Assembly: GCA_029557215.1 (NCBI GenBank) | Contig: JAKPQQ010000309.1 | Coordinates: 55,927 to 119,926 of the forward strand | Direction: 5' to 3' | From: Fibrobacterota bacterium | Lineage (GTDB): Bacteria > Fibrobacterota > Fibrobacteria > UBA5070 | DNA length: 64,000 bases | Shown here: piece after piece, positions 24,159 through 33,699 of the stretch | How the letters are laid out: each line of letters opens with the position of its first letter | Numbering within the stretch: position 1 is the first letter of the stretch | Notes under the pieces: model-generated | What the model was told of the DNA's origin: nothing | The model's database searches: none | The model's input: the letters and a program-made list of their open reading frames with translations, nothing else | Made by a program: the position numbers and the translations under genes

Positions 24159-26819
24159 ATGAAATCCCACGCGCAGAGCCTCTTCGGCAAGCTGTTCCTG
24201 CATTTGCTGCTGCCCATGTTGCTCGTGATCCTGGCCAGCGGCGTGTTCACCTACTTTTGTTCCACGCGCGCCCTCGCCGCGGCGAACGAAGGACAATATC
24301 TGACGCTGCGCAAGGCGTTGGAGGAGCTGGCCGGGACCAGCTACCAGATGACGCAGCAGATGGTCGAATCGAACCTGCGCGCGGCCAACGCGATCCTGCT
24401 GCCCAAGATCTCGCTCGCGCAGGAGCGCGAACGGATCGAGGCGGTGGACCAGGTGACCAAGGAGGCCCGGCGCGTGTCGGTGCCGGTCATGCGTCTGGAC
24501 GGTGCCAGGGCCTTCGGGGACGTGAAGTGGGTCGACAGCCTCACGAAGGTCGTGAAGGGAGCCACGACCGTCTTCCAGATGATCCCCGGCGGAATGGTCC
24601 GCGTCGCGACCAGCGTCCGCAAGGCCGACGGAAAACGGGCGATCGGGACCTACATCCCCGAGCGATCGCCGGTGTACCAGGCGATCGCGGAAGGGCGCGA
24701 GTACTACGGTCGTGCGCTGGTCGCGGGGGAGTGGTACGTGACCGCCTACTCCCCGGTGCGCGAAGCCGGCAAGGTGGTTGGGGCCTTGTTCGTGGGGGTT
24801 CCCCAGGAGAATCTGGACGTGCTGCGCGAGCGGGTGGTTTCGTTCAAGGTCGGCGAACACGGGTTCGCGCAGATCATCGACACCTCGGGCAAGCAGATCA
24901 TCCATCCCGACAAGGGCGTGGAAGGTTCGGTCCGCAAATCGGCGCACCACCTGGCCATGCTGAAGAACAAGGAAGGCGTCCTGCACGGCGTCCAGGAAAG
25001 CGACCTGAACGGCCGCAAGGGTGCCGAGGTGGTGTACGCCTACGCGTTGATCCCCGAGATGCAGTGGATCGTCACGGCCTGCGCCTACAAGGACGAGCTG
25101 GACGCGCCGTTGATCCGCATCCGCAACCTCCTGGTGGTGTCGCTGGTGCTCGCGTTGGTCGTGGCCATGGGTCTGGGGCTTCTGGTCATGCGATCGATCG
25201 TGGGGCCGCTCAACGAATGCGTGCGGATCGCCGACCGGGTGTCGCGCGGCGATACCGGCGTCGAGATCGTGGTGGATTCGCGCGACGAGATCGGGAACCT
25301 GAAGGCCGCCATGAAGCGCATGGTGGAATCGATCCGCCGGATGAGCGACGACGTTTCCGGTCTGGCAAGATCCGCGGTGGAGGGCGATCTCTCGGCGCGC
25401 GCCGACGCCTCGCGCCACCAGGGCGATTTCCGGGGCATCGTGGAAGGCTTCAACGGGGCGCTGGATGCCGTGATCGGGCCTCTGCGGGTGGCGGCGCGCT
25501 GCGTGGACCAGATCTCCAAGGGCGAGATCCCCCCGAAGATCTCCGAAACCTACCGCGGCGATCTGGACGCCCTGCGGACGAACCTGAACCAGTGCATCGG
25601 AGCGGTGCTGGCGCTGGTGGAAGATTCCCAGGCGCTGGCGCAGGGCGCGGCCCAGGGGGACCTCGGCGTGCGTGCCGACATTTCCCGTCACCAAGGCGAC
25701 TTCCGCCGGATCGTGCAGGGCATGAACGAGACGCTGGTCTCGGTGGTGGTGCCGTTCAACGAGGCGGCGTCGGCCTTGGACCGCTTGGCCGAACGCGATC
25801 TGACCGCGCGGATGACCGGCGACTACAAGGGGGATTTCGACAACATCAAGATCTCGTTCAACAAGGCGGCGGGCAACCTGGACGACGCGATGCGGCAGGT
25901 GGCCGAAGCCGCCGCCCACGTGGCGTCGGCCAGCGAGCAGATCGGATCCGAGAGCCAATCCCTGGCGCAGGGAGCCAGCGCCCAGGCGGGCTCGCTGGAC
26001 GCGATCGCCACCAGCCTGGACGGCATGGCGCACATGACCGGCAAGAACGCCCGGAACGCGGACATGGCCAAGTCGATCGCCGACAAGGCGAGCGAAGACG
26101 CGCGGCGCGGCGGACTGTCCATGGAACGCATGGGCGATTCGATCCAGCGCATCAAGGCGTCCAGCGACGAGACCGCCAAGATCGTGAAGACGATCGACGA
26201 GATCGCCATGCAGACCAACCTGTTGGCGCTCAACGCGGCGGTGGAGGCGGCGCGGGCGGGCGAAGCGGGCAAGGGGTTCGCGGTGGTCGCCGAAGAGGTC
26301 CGCGATCTCGCGCAGCGAAGCGCCCACGCGGCAAGGATCACGGCCGACAAGATCGGCGAATCGGTGGGGAATTCGTACGAAGGCGTGAAGATCGCCGCCG
26401 AGGTGTCGGATGCGTTCGCGGCCATCGCGCAGGGCGTGCGCGAGGTCAACGGACTGGTCACCGAGATCGCCGCGGCCTCCAAGGCGCAGGCGCAGGGACT
26501 GGACGAAGTGAACCGCGCCACGTCGCAGATGGACAAGATCACCCAGCAGAACGCGGCCAACTCCGAAGAGGGGGCGAGCGAGGCGCAGGAACTGGGCGCC
26601 CAGGCCAAGGAGCTGCAGGCGTTGCTTTCCAGGTTCCGGATCGGCGGGGCGGGTGACGGAAATCGTCACCAGGAGCAGGCGACGCTTCCCGTTGCGGCGA
26701 TGGGCATGTCGGCGCGCAAGGAGCTCTTCGCGGCCAGCAGGAAGCTCAGCCGCATCGAGGCGGTCTCGACTTCCGACGAATGGGAGACGCTCCAGGAGGT
26801 CCCGGCCAGGACCGAGTAG
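24159..26819 (+). CDS. methyl-accepting chemotaxis protein with double-Cache-like periplasmic sensor and multiple HAMP-like repeats
   Basis: TM1 [18 protein letters not shown]; a Cache-like region ([11 protein letters not shown]..., [17 protein letters not shown]); TM2; repeated HAMP segments (GDL[14 protein letters not shown] occurs twice); and the signalling hairpin [30 protein letters not shown]. Confidence 0.9.
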   Translation: MKSHAQSLFGKLFLHLLLPMLLVILASGVFTYFCSTRALAAANEGQYLTLRKALEELAGTSYQMTQQMVESNLRAANAILLPKISLAQERERIEAVDQVTKEARRVSVPVMRLDGARAFGDVKWVDSLTKVVKGATTVFQMIPGGMVRVATSVRKADGKRAIGTYIPERSPVYQAIAEGREYYGRALVAGEWYVTAYSPVREAGKVVGALFVGVPQENLDVLRERVVSFKVGEHGFAQIIDTSGKQIIHPDKGVEGSVRKSAHHLAMLKNKEGVLHGVQESDLNGRKGAEVVYAYALIPEMQWIVTACAYKDELDAPLIRIRNLLVVSLVLALVVAMGLGLLVMRSIVGPLNECVRIADRVSRGDTGVEIVVDSRDEIGNLKAAMKRMVESIRRMSDDVSGLARSAVEGDLSARADASRHQGDFRGIVEGFNGALDAVIGPLRVAARCVDQISKGEIPPKISETYRGDLDALRTNLNQCIGAVLALVEDSQALAQGAAQGDLGVRADISRHQGDFRRIVQGMNETLVSVVVPFNEAASALDRLAERDLTARMTGDYKGDFDNIKISFNKAAGNLDDAMRQVAEAAAHVASASEQIGSESQSLAQGASAQAGSLDAIATSLDGMAHMTGKNARNADMAKSIADKASEDARRGGLSMERMGDSIQRIKASSDETAKIVKTIDEIAMQTNLLALNAAVEAARAGEAGKGFAVVAEEVRDLAQRSAHAARITADKIGESVGNSYEGVKIAAEVSDAFAAIAQGVREVNGLVTEIAAASKAQAQGLDEVNRATSQMDKITQQNAANSEEGASEAQELGAQAKELQALLSRFRIGGAGDGNRHQEQATLPVAAMGMSARKELFAASRKLSRIEAVSTSDEWETLQEVPARTE

Positions 26820-27975
26820 GAGGCCGAACCCGACAGGATCTGGCTTCCGCGGCGCACTTCGGCGCCGAATCGCGTCGAGACGTTCCGCATCCCCGCCGAA
26901 TCGGCCAGGGCGATCTCCAGCGAAGGCGTCGCGGCGCCCAACGACCTCGCCGCGCGCGATCGGGCCGACCACCGGGGCGCGTTGGGCGAATTCTCCGACC
27001 AGGATCCGGTTGTCCGCAGCGACCAGCCGTGCTCCTCCACGGCGAATTCGGTCCGGGCCCTGGAATCCACCTTGCCCAGCGAATCCCGGCTCGCGTCCAG
27101 CTGGAAACGGATCGAGGCTCCGTCGCGGACGGCGCGTCGGACGGAAACGGTTCCCGCGCTGGTCCCCCTCCAGCGCGAGACCGCGCCGTCGTGCTGGAAT
27201 CCGCTCGGGACGTGGCGCAGGGCCGCGGCCAGGCGGGTCCCACGGCGTTCCATCGCGGCGTTGGCGAGCCAGGCCGCCACGATCCCGTGGTCGGGCGATT
27301 CGGCGAAGGCGGCCTGGATCCGGTTGCGGGAGCTTCCCACGGCCAGGACGGCGGCGAACGGCGACATCGTCGACGAATCCATCGTAGAGAACCTGGCCCC
27401 GACCGTCGCCAGCCGGTAGGACGCCGCGACGGCTCCCGATCCGACCTCGCGCCCGTGGACGTCGCGCTCGATGCGCGCACGCGAACGGATGCGCCACGAA
27501 TCGCCGCCGGCTTCCAGATCGATTCCGTTGGGCGCGCGTCCCGATCCGTGCAACAAGCGATGGGAAAGCGAAGTGTCGGAAGCCTTGGCGCCCGGGCGGG
27601 AAGAGGCGCCTTCCAGGAGGGGCAGCCGCGTCCACGGGGCGAGGTCGCCGATCCGCACGGAAAAGGCGTCCGATTTCCACGACAGATTCCGGCTGACCAG
27701 TCCCCCGGGCGTGGAATGGCGCCAGGCCAGCGACAGTCCCGAATCGACATCCCGCAGGAACGAGACGCTGTGGCGCGAGGTGCCGTCGCGGGTGGTGGCC
27801 GCCCAGCGCAGCGAAGTGGGAAGCGAACGGCCCTGCTCCAGGGAGTCGACCCAGGAGAGCGAGTCGTCGACGACCACGGTGGTGGCGTCGGCGAGCGAAT
27901 CGGGCGTGGGGGATTGGGCGAAGGCGGTGCCGGCCACCAGCGCGACGCACGCCAGGGCTCGGATCGCGACGCGAA
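26666..27975 (-). CDS. hypothetical secreted/outer-membrane protein; start codon unresolved
   Basis: The minus frame reads ...[24 protein letters not shown] (signal-peptide-like), followed by Ser/Arg/Trp-rich strand-like sequence ending ...GSVACSW. The opposite-strand frame here is Arg/Gly junk. No in-frame ATG/GTG/TTG precedes the signal peptide, and the 3' end overlaps the MCP gene by 154 nt. The start coordinate is approximate. Confidence 0.45.
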
Positions 27976-27985
27976 AAGCGGGATA

Positions 27986-28831
27986 ATGGCGACGATGGTC
28001 GTTCGACGCTTCCTTGTTGCGGTCGCTGGACTGGTTTGCATCGGCCGGTCCGCGTGCCCCGTGGTTTCCGAGATCGCGGCGAATCCTTCCACGGGAGAGC
28101 CCGAATGGATCGAACTGGCCGATCGATCGGGAACCAAGACGAATCTTGTCGGATGGACGGTCGACGACGGCACGACCCGAAGACGTCTCGATTCCACGGC
28201 GGTGCTTCCCGCAAGCGGTCGGCTGGTGGTCGCCGGCGATTGCGAACGTTTGGCGTCCTGGTACGGCACGAGTTCCATTCCCTGCGCCAAGCCTTCGGCC
28301 TGGAACGCCTTGGCCGTCGGTTCCGACAGGGTGGTCCTGCGAGACGTGGATGGAGCTGTTTGCGATTCGATCGAGTGGAACGACGCGAGCTGGGGGGATT
28401 GGCCCAAAGGACGCAGCCTGGAACGGGTCGATCTGGCGCGCACCGGCAACGATCCCGCCAACTGGATCGCCACATCCTCGCCCCTGGGCGGCACGCCCGG
28501 CTGGGAGGGAACCCCGGCGCTGGAACCCAAAGGAGCGGGCATCCGACTCGAAATGCTCTCCCGCAAGGTCGTGCCGGGCCAGCCACGCGCGCTGGTGCGC
28601 ATCCACGCACCCTGGGACCTGCACCTCAAGGCCGAACTCTTCGATCTGTCGCGCCGCCGGGCGGCGACCCTCCACGACGGACGGATTCCGGCAAGCGGCG
28701 AACTGGTCTGGAACGGCGCCCACGATGGGAAGCCGGTCCTTCCCGGCGCGTACATGCTCCTCGTGGAGATCGGGTCGGGAAGCAAGGATGTCCAGGCCCG
28801 GTCGCGCGAGTGGATCGTGGTGACCAAATGA
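27986..28831 (+). CDS. secreted lamin-tail-domain (LTD) protein with a FlgD-Ig / T9SS-type C-terminal sorting-like domain
   Basis: Signal peptide MATMVVRRFLVAVAGLVCIGRSA. The LTD signature is VVSEIAANPSTGEPEWIELADRSGTKTNLVGWTVDD. The C-terminal roughly 80 aa (LHLKAELFDLSRRRAATLHDGRIPASGELVWNGAHDGKPVLPGAYMLLVEIG) match the FlgD-Ig/Por-tail pattern. Confidence 0.75.
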   Translation: MATMVVRRFLVAVAGLVCIGRSACPVVSEIAANPSTGEPEWIELADRSGTKTNLVGWTVDDGTTRRRLDSTAVLPASGRLVVAGDCERLASWYGTSSIPCAKPSAWNALAVGSDRVVLRDVDGAVCDSIEWNDASWGDWPKGRSLERVDLARTGNDPANWIATSSPLGGTPGWEGTPALEPKGAGIRLEMLSRKVVPGQPRALVRIHAPWDLHLKAELFDLSRRRAATLHDGRIPASGELVWNGAHDGKPVLPGAYMLLVEIGSGSKDVQARSREWIVVTK

Positions 28832-29637
28832 CGGCGCGGTGGTCATGGGCGATCCTTGCCTGCGCGGTGGTGGCCAACGCCGCGTTCGACGCGCCGGTTC
28901 CCTGCGCCGCGGAAGTCGCATCCGGCGACGGCCAGGTGGCGCGGGCCGCGACGGGTGGGGCCCTGGAATCCAACCCCGCTCTGGCGGCATCCGGCGGATG
29001 GCGCGCCGGGGCGGGATCCACGCACCCCTACGGGATCGATGCCCTGGAACTTTCCGGATTCTGGGCGGGGCGAGGCCATGCGGGCCGGGTGCCGGGCTGG
29101 CAGGCCCGCTGGAAGCTGTTGCGGGCGGGAAGCCTGTACCGCGAAGACCAGATCGCGCTCGACCTCGCGCAGGCGGTCGGAAATTGGCAGGTCGGAGCCG
29201 GATGGCGCGGCGGTCGGTCGGAACTCGAGGGCGAGATTCCCGACTGGATCCACGGTTTGGCTCTGGGGGCCACGTTCGCGCCCAACCGTCTCGTCACGGT
29301 CGGGATCGCATGGGAGGATCTTTCCGCCTTGGCGGTCTCCGATTCCCGCTTGGCCCGACCTTGGACGCTGCGTTCGGGCGTGGCGGCCGTCCCGTTCGAT
29401 TCCGCATGGGTTTCCAGGGTCGGATGGGAATACCGCCAACGCGAGCCTGTCCGCTGGAGCTTTGGACAGGAAATGCGCTGGGGCGTCCTGTCGCTGCGCG
29501 CCGGGTTCGGCGTCCAGCCCTGGGTGCTGGCGTTCGGAGCGGGAGTCCGCTGGAGCGGCATCGGGATCGACTGGGCGCAGGAAGGGGATCCGCGCCTGGG
29601 CTGGCAGCAGCATTGGTCGATTTCCGTCGAGAGGTGA
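28828..29637 (+). CDS. putative outer-membrane beta-barrel (PorP/PorV-like by N-terminal motif)
   Basis: The ATG overlaps the LTD gene stop (ATGA at 28828-28831). Signal peptide MTARWSWAILACAVVANA. The motif ARAATGGALESNPALAA resembles the G-G-A ... NPA-x-LA motif of PorV/PorP/FadL-like barrels. The body is Trp/Gly/Arg-rich with alternating sequence. Confidence 0.55.
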   Translation: MTARWSWAILACAVVANAAFDAPVPCAAEVASGDGQVARAATGGALESNPALAASGGWRAGAGSTHPYGIDALELSGFWAGRGHAGRVPGWQARWKLLRAGSLYREDQIALDLAQAVGNWQVGAGWRGGRSELEGEIPDWIHGLALGATFAPNRLVTVGIAWEDLSALAVSDSRLARPWTLRSGVAAVPFDSAWVSRVGWEYRQREPVRWSFGQEMRWGVLSLRAGFGVQPWVLAFGAGVRWSGIGIDWAQEGDPRLGWQQHWSISVER

Positions 29638-29643
29638 GGCGTG

Positions 29644-30909
29644 TCAGTCGCAGGAGGTCGCGACGGGCGAATCGGATCCGTCGGCGCACCACGAGCGTCC
29701 CGCGGAGGCTTCCAGGACGGTGGCCGCAGCGGCGCGCCGGAGGGTGCGCGAGGTGCTCGCGTTGAGGTCGGGCCATCCGTTCTGGCCGTCGAAGACCACG
29801 AACTGGTCCAACAGCGAACCTTCGCTCGCGCGCAGTTCCCAGAGCGTGCCGGTGGACGACCACGAAACGCTCAAGGACGACACCCCGCAGACCAGCGAGG
29901 GCGCACCGTGCAAGGGGTGGGCGGCGTTCGCGGTCGCGGCGCAGGCGGCGCGGGACACGACGGCCGACGCTCCGGGAGCGAGGTCCAGCTGGACGGAAAA
30001 CGACTCGGTGCCGCGCACGATCCGGACCGATTCGGTGGCGGGAGCGGTGCCGCGGTTGTCGATGCGGATCCAGTCGCCGGCGCCGCTGTCGGACATCGCA
30101 CCGATCACCAGACGGCCCGATGCGGCCTGGTCTTCCGGGAACAGCGCCACGGCATCCACTTCGCCGCCGGCCTGGAACTGGGCGTCAAAGGCGATTTGGC
30201 CGCGGGCATCCAGCATCCGGATCTGGAGCGCCTGGTCGGCCTGCGACAGGATGGTGCATGCGGAGTCCGCGAAGTAGAGCGTGTCGCCAAGGGCGTTCCA
30301 GGCGCGGATGCGCAGGGTGCCGGACGACCCCACCGCGAGCGAATCCAGGCGCAGGGCGGTGCGCCCCGAAGGCCCTCGCGCGGCGCGGCTGGTCTTGGTG
30401 GTCCCGTTCGAGGTCCAGGAAAGCGACAGGCTGTCGACCGCGACCGGGGCCGAGGGCACCACCAGCTGCAATCTGCCCAGCAGCGCGCGCAGCTGGAACG
30501 AGGCTTCCGTCACGCGGGAGCGGACGACTTCCAGGTCGCGCAGGGTGTCGGCGTGCGTGACCAGACCACGCGCGTCGCGGTAGAACACGGTCGCCTGGTA
30601 GCCCACCCCTTCGGGGATGGCTCCAAAGCGCAGGTTGGCGCCTGAATTCCCGTTCCAGTCGATCGAGTCGCGGAAGGAGGTCCGTTTGGCGGTGTGGCGG
30701 ATTTCGGCGACGATTTTGCCACCCGGTTCGGCGGCGAGGCTCCGTGCCGCCCAAGCGGTGTTCTTCGCCGTCAGAGACACCGCCCCGGTCGAGGATTCCG
30801 GGGCGGGCTCTGCGGAGAGGAGAGGCTGGCTGCCGTCTGGGAGGCAGCCAGCCAGATAAGTGGTGAGCGAGATCTGGATAATGAGCGCAGCCAAATGCTT
30901 TCGATTCAT
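29644..30909 (-). CDS. lipoprotein with an LTD-like C-terminal half
   Basis: ATG at 30909 gives MNRKHLAALIIQISLTTYLAGC (lipobox). The segment RLVIGAMSDSGAGDWIRIDNRGTAPATESVRIV resembles the LTD core. The gene is convergent with the previous gene, 6 nt apart. Confidence 0.6.
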   Translation of the reverse strand: MNRKHLAALIIQISLTTYLAGCLPDGSQPLLSAEPAPESSTGAVSLTAKNTAWAARSLAAEPGGKIVAEIRHTAKRTSFRDSIDWNGNSGANLRFGAIPEGVGYQATVFYRDARGLVTHADTLRDLEVVRSRVTEASFQLRALLGRLQLVVPSAPVAVDSLSLSWTSNGTTKTSRAARGPSGRTALRLDSLAVGSSGTLRIRAWNALGDTLYFADSACTILSQADQALQIRMLDARGQIAFDAQFQAGGEVDAVALFPEDQAASGRLVIGAMSDSGAGDWIRIDNRGTAPATESVRIVRGTESFSVQLDLAPGASAVVSRAACAATANAAHPLHGAPSLVCGVSSLSVSWSSTGTLWELRASEGSLLDQFVVFDGQNGWPDLNASTSRTLRRAAAATVLEASAGRSWCADGSDSPVATSCD

Positions 30910-31106
30910 CGCGGACTCCATATCGGGTTAGTGTGCAACGGAGGGATCAGAACTGGAGTTGCGCGAGTACATCTTCCTTAATGCACAAGCCGTGCCAAAC
31001 GATTCTTGCTCCGGCAGGGCTGGAATTTGGACAAGAATGCAGAGGGGGGCTTGCGCCGGACGCGGATTGCATGGTAGACTCGATTCCTTGTAGCTTGAAC
31101 ACCCAT

Positions 31107-32087
31107 ATGCAGGAACCAGACAAGATTCGCGCCTTCCTGAAGAAGGTGGGACGAGGCAAGACGTTGTCCAGGGATCTCACCCGCGAAGAAGCGCGAGAGG
31201 CCGTGGCAAGCCTTCTGCGGGGCGAATTCACCCCGGCGCAGACGGGTGCGTTCCTGCAGGCGTTGCGCATCAAGGAAACCTCGGTCGACGAACTGGTGGG
31301 CGCGGCCGAGGGTGCAGCAAGTTTTCGGCAGGGCGCGTTTCCGGTGCAGCCCGCTGGTGCGGAACACCCTTTGGTGGTCAATCTGGCCTTCGATACCGCG
31401 CGCAAGGGCGGGGTCGTGTCGCTGGTCGCCCTGGCCTGGCTGCGGTCGCGTGGTCTGGTCCGCGGCATGGTGGTCTGGGAGCCGCCCTCGATCCACCGCG
31501 AGGCCGACGCGGTGGGGCGCACCCTGGATGCCATCCGGAGCCAGCCGTGGCTGGCCGCCTCGATGCCCGAAACGGCGACCGTCCGGGAAATGTGCCCGCG
31601 GTGGCAGGAATTGGCATCGATCCGACAGGAATTGGGATTCCGCAGCATCCTGAACACGGTGGAAAAGCTCTTGCGGCCGTGGGAGACGGTGCCGGTGGTG
31701 GTCGGGATTTCCCACGACACCTTTTCCGAGCGGTTGTGCCATGTCCTGAACGCGCTCGGGGCCCCGCGCGTGGCCGTGGTTCGCGGGAACCACGGGACCT
31801 GCGATCTGGGGTTGGGCGAAAAGCCCACCGAAGTCCACGCCTTCGCCGACGGTGTCGTCCGGGAGGTCCTGGTGGGCGCCACAGATTTCCCCTGGAAGAC
31901 CGATCCTTCCGTCCTGCTCGTGTCTTCGCTGGATTCGTGGAAGGATCAGCTCGCAGACGATTCCTCCCCGCTGTGGGGTGCGGTCCTGGCGCAGGCCGCG
32001 TTCTTCCATTCCATCGCCACCGGATCGCCGTTGTCGGAATCCGTCAACCTGGCCGCTTCGCTCCCGAAAGGTCCCCTCCATGCCTGA
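31107..32087 (+). CDS. anthranilate phosphoribosyltransferase (TrpD)-fold protein lacking the catalytic GTGGD motif
   Basis: The N-terminal helical domain [41 protein letters not shown] is typical of TrpD/GT family 3. Later blocks are recognisable ([34 protein letters not shown]), but there is no GTGGD. An alternative ATG lies at 31071. Confidence 0.6.
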   Translation: MQEPDKIRAFLKKVGRGKTLSRDLTREEAREAVASLLRGEFTPAQTGAFLQALRIKETSVDELVGAAEGAASFRQGAFPVQPAGAEHPLVVNLAFDTARKGGVVSLVALAWLRSRGLVRGMVVWEPPSIHREADAVGRTLDAIRSQPWLAASMPETATVREMCPRWQELASIRQELGFRSILNTVEKLLRPWETVPVVVGISHDTFSERLCHVLNALGAPRVAVVRGNHGTCDLGLGEKPTEVHAFADGVVREVLVGATDFPWKTDPSVLLVSSLDSWKDQLADDSSPLWGAVLAQAAFFHSIATGSPLSESVNLAASLPKGPLHA

Positions 32088-32535
32088 AGTCGGAAAGTCC
32101 GCTCCTTCCCTGAAACTGGAAAACCAGGACGGCGTCCTGGTCGATCTCTCCAAGCTCGCGGGCAAGTGGGTGGTGGTCTATTTCTATCCCAAGGACTCCA
32201 CGCCCGGCTGCACCACCGAGGCCTGCGATTTCCGCGACAACTTCGCCAGGCTCGGATCCAAGGGCGCCGTGGTGCTGGGGGTCTCCAAGGACTCGGCCAA
32301 GAGCCACGCCAAATTCCGGGAAAAGCAGGGATTGCCGTTCGATCTGCTCGTGGACGCCGACGGCGCGGTTTGCGAGGCCTGGGGCGTGTGGCGCATGAAG
32401 AAATTCATGGGGCGCGAGGGGATGGGCATCGTGCGCAGCACGTTCCTGGTCGACCCGACCGGCAGGATCGCCCGGATCTGGAGCCCGGTTTCCGTCAAAG
32501 GGCACGTGCAGGAGGTCCTGGACGCCATCGCCTGA
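32080..32535 (+). CDS. bcp: thioredoxin-dependent thiol peroxidase (peroxiredoxin Bcp)
   Basis: [25 protein letters not shown] contains the peroxidatic Cys motif, and the length and remaining sequence are typical of Bcp. It overlaps the upstream gene by 8 nt. Confidence 0.9.
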   Translation: MPEVGKSAPSLKLENQDGVLVDLSKLAGKWVVVYFYPKDSTPGCTTEACDFRDNFARLGSKGAVVLGVSKDSAKSHAKFREKQGLPFDLLVDADGAVCEAWGVWRMKKFMGREGMGIVRSTFLVDPTGRIARIWSPVSVKGHVQEVLDAIA

Positions 32536-32566
32536 GCCGTGCGTCGGACAACGCTCCGACCTTCGT

Positions 32567-33316
32567 TCAGAACAGGACGCTGGGGCCCAGTTGCGCGCCG
32601 ATGCTCCACGCCGGTCCGCGATGGATTCCGGTCGCCGTCACGTGGGGGGACGCCGACTCGAACCGCACCGGGAACCGCAGGAACACGTCCCAGGCGCGCG
32701 ACAGCTTCTTGGAATCGTGCCAGAATTCGGACATGCTGTAGACGACGCCGACTTCCATGTCCAGTCCCAGGTTCACTCCGGCGTTGTCGCCCAAGGCCCG
32801 GAACGCCACGAAGGGCGCTCCCGACGCCCACCACCCGAACCGGGGAGTGGCGCGATGTCCGAATCCGCCCCGCAGGGAGAGGCCCAGATCGCTTCCGATG
32901 TCCTCGATCGGATCGGTTCCAATGAGCGTGTCCAGGTAGGCTTTGGTGTTGACGAGGCTTCCGATCAACGACAATTCGACCGCGCGCACGGGGTCGTGCC
33001 AGGGGATCCAGGTCGATGTGACATCGTAGCGGGCTTGCGTGTAGGATTCGAGGCGCGAGGGAATCCTGCTGGAAAGCTCCATTCCCGCCCCTCCGATGAC
33101 GGTCGGGAAGTAGTGGAACCATCCTTGGGCCAGGATCTGGTTGGGTGCGGTTCCGTGTCGACTCGCCAGCACCGGCCCAGCTCCCAGCACCATGCCGATG
33201 CCGATCGAGTCGTAGTTCCTGGCCCACGAGGTGGGAACCGCCGCGTGGAGAGGGCGCGCCCCGGACCACAAGACGGCCAGGGTCCCCAGGAAGCGAATCG
33301 ACGATCGGACGACCAT
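32567..33316 (-). CDS. small outer-membrane beta-barrel protein, family unknown
   Basis: ATG at 33316 gives signal peptide MVVRSSIRFLGTLAVLWSGARPLHA. The C-terminus ...WSIGAQLGPSVLF ends in Phe. The remaining 960 codons of the track ORF are antisense shadow. Confidence 0.6.
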   Translation of the reverse strand: MVVRSSIRFLGTLAVLWSGARPLHAAVPTSWARNYDSIGIGMVLGAGPVLASRHGTAPNQILAQGWFHYFPTVIGGAGMELSSRIPSRLESYTQARYDVTSTWIPWHDPVRAVELSLIGSLVNTKAYLDTLIGTDPIEDIGSDLGLSLRGGFGHRATPRFGWWASGAPFVAFRALGDNAGVNLGLDMEVGVVYSMSEFWHDSKKLSRAWDVFLRFPVRFESASPHVTATGIHRGPAWSIGAQLGPSVLF

Positions 33317-33336
33317 CACGCGATCACGGAGTGTGA

Positions 33337-33699
33337 TCAGGTGGCGTCTTTGATCGAAAGCTCGGACAGGTCCTTCTTGAGCAGGGCCGGAATCGACTTC
33401 AAGGAAAGCGGCGTGCTCAGGATGGTGATGCCCATTTCGGTGGCTTTGCGCATTTCCGGTGCCTTCGGCTTTTGGCCGTTGGTGTAGAGGATCGCGACGA
33501 CGTCGGTTTCGCCGCAGACCCGAAGGACCTCGGACGAATCCTGGTTCGTGACCAGCATCACGTTGAACAGGTCGGCCTCGAGGAGGTCGGCGAATTCGGA
33601 ACCGATGTAGGCGCTCTCCACGACCGGAAGCTCTTCTTCCGATCCGACGATGAGTTGCGCGTTCAGGGGACCGCTGAGATGGTCCGTTTCCAGCTGCAT
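33337..33699 (-). CDS. DRTGG-domain protein (stand-alone)
   Basis: The layout LIVGSEE...VMLVTNQDSSEVLRVCGETDVVAILYTNGQKP...ATEMGITILSTP matches the DRTGG domain fold pattern. It ends 20 nt upstream of the barrel gene. Assignment is by eye only. Confidence 0.5.
   Translation of the reverse strand: MQLETDHLSGPLNAQLIVGSEEELPVVESAYIGSEFADLLEADLFNVMLVTNQDSSEVLRVCGETDVVAILYTNGQKPKAPEMRKATEMGITILSTPLSLKSIPALLKKDLSELSIKDAT

Noticed and set aside
24130-24161. Shared 9-mer ATGGTAGAC upstream of the MCP gene (24141-24149) and of the TrpD-like gene (31071-31079); in the MCP leader it opens a 6-codon mini-ORF (MVDLRT) overlapping the MCP start
   Set aside because: There are only two occurrences, at different distances from the start codons. 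At 31071 the same ATG is simply an alternative start of the TrpD-like ORF. This is most likely coincidence or part of a -10-like element, and I cannot support it as a regulatory uORF.
23241-28610. 1789-aa ORF on the minus strand
   Set aside because: It is antisense to the well-supported MBL gene region, the MCP and the LTD gene. The translation is Arg/Pro/Gly-rich low-complexity sequence with no motifs. This is the classic stop-free shadow frame of high-GC coding DNA.
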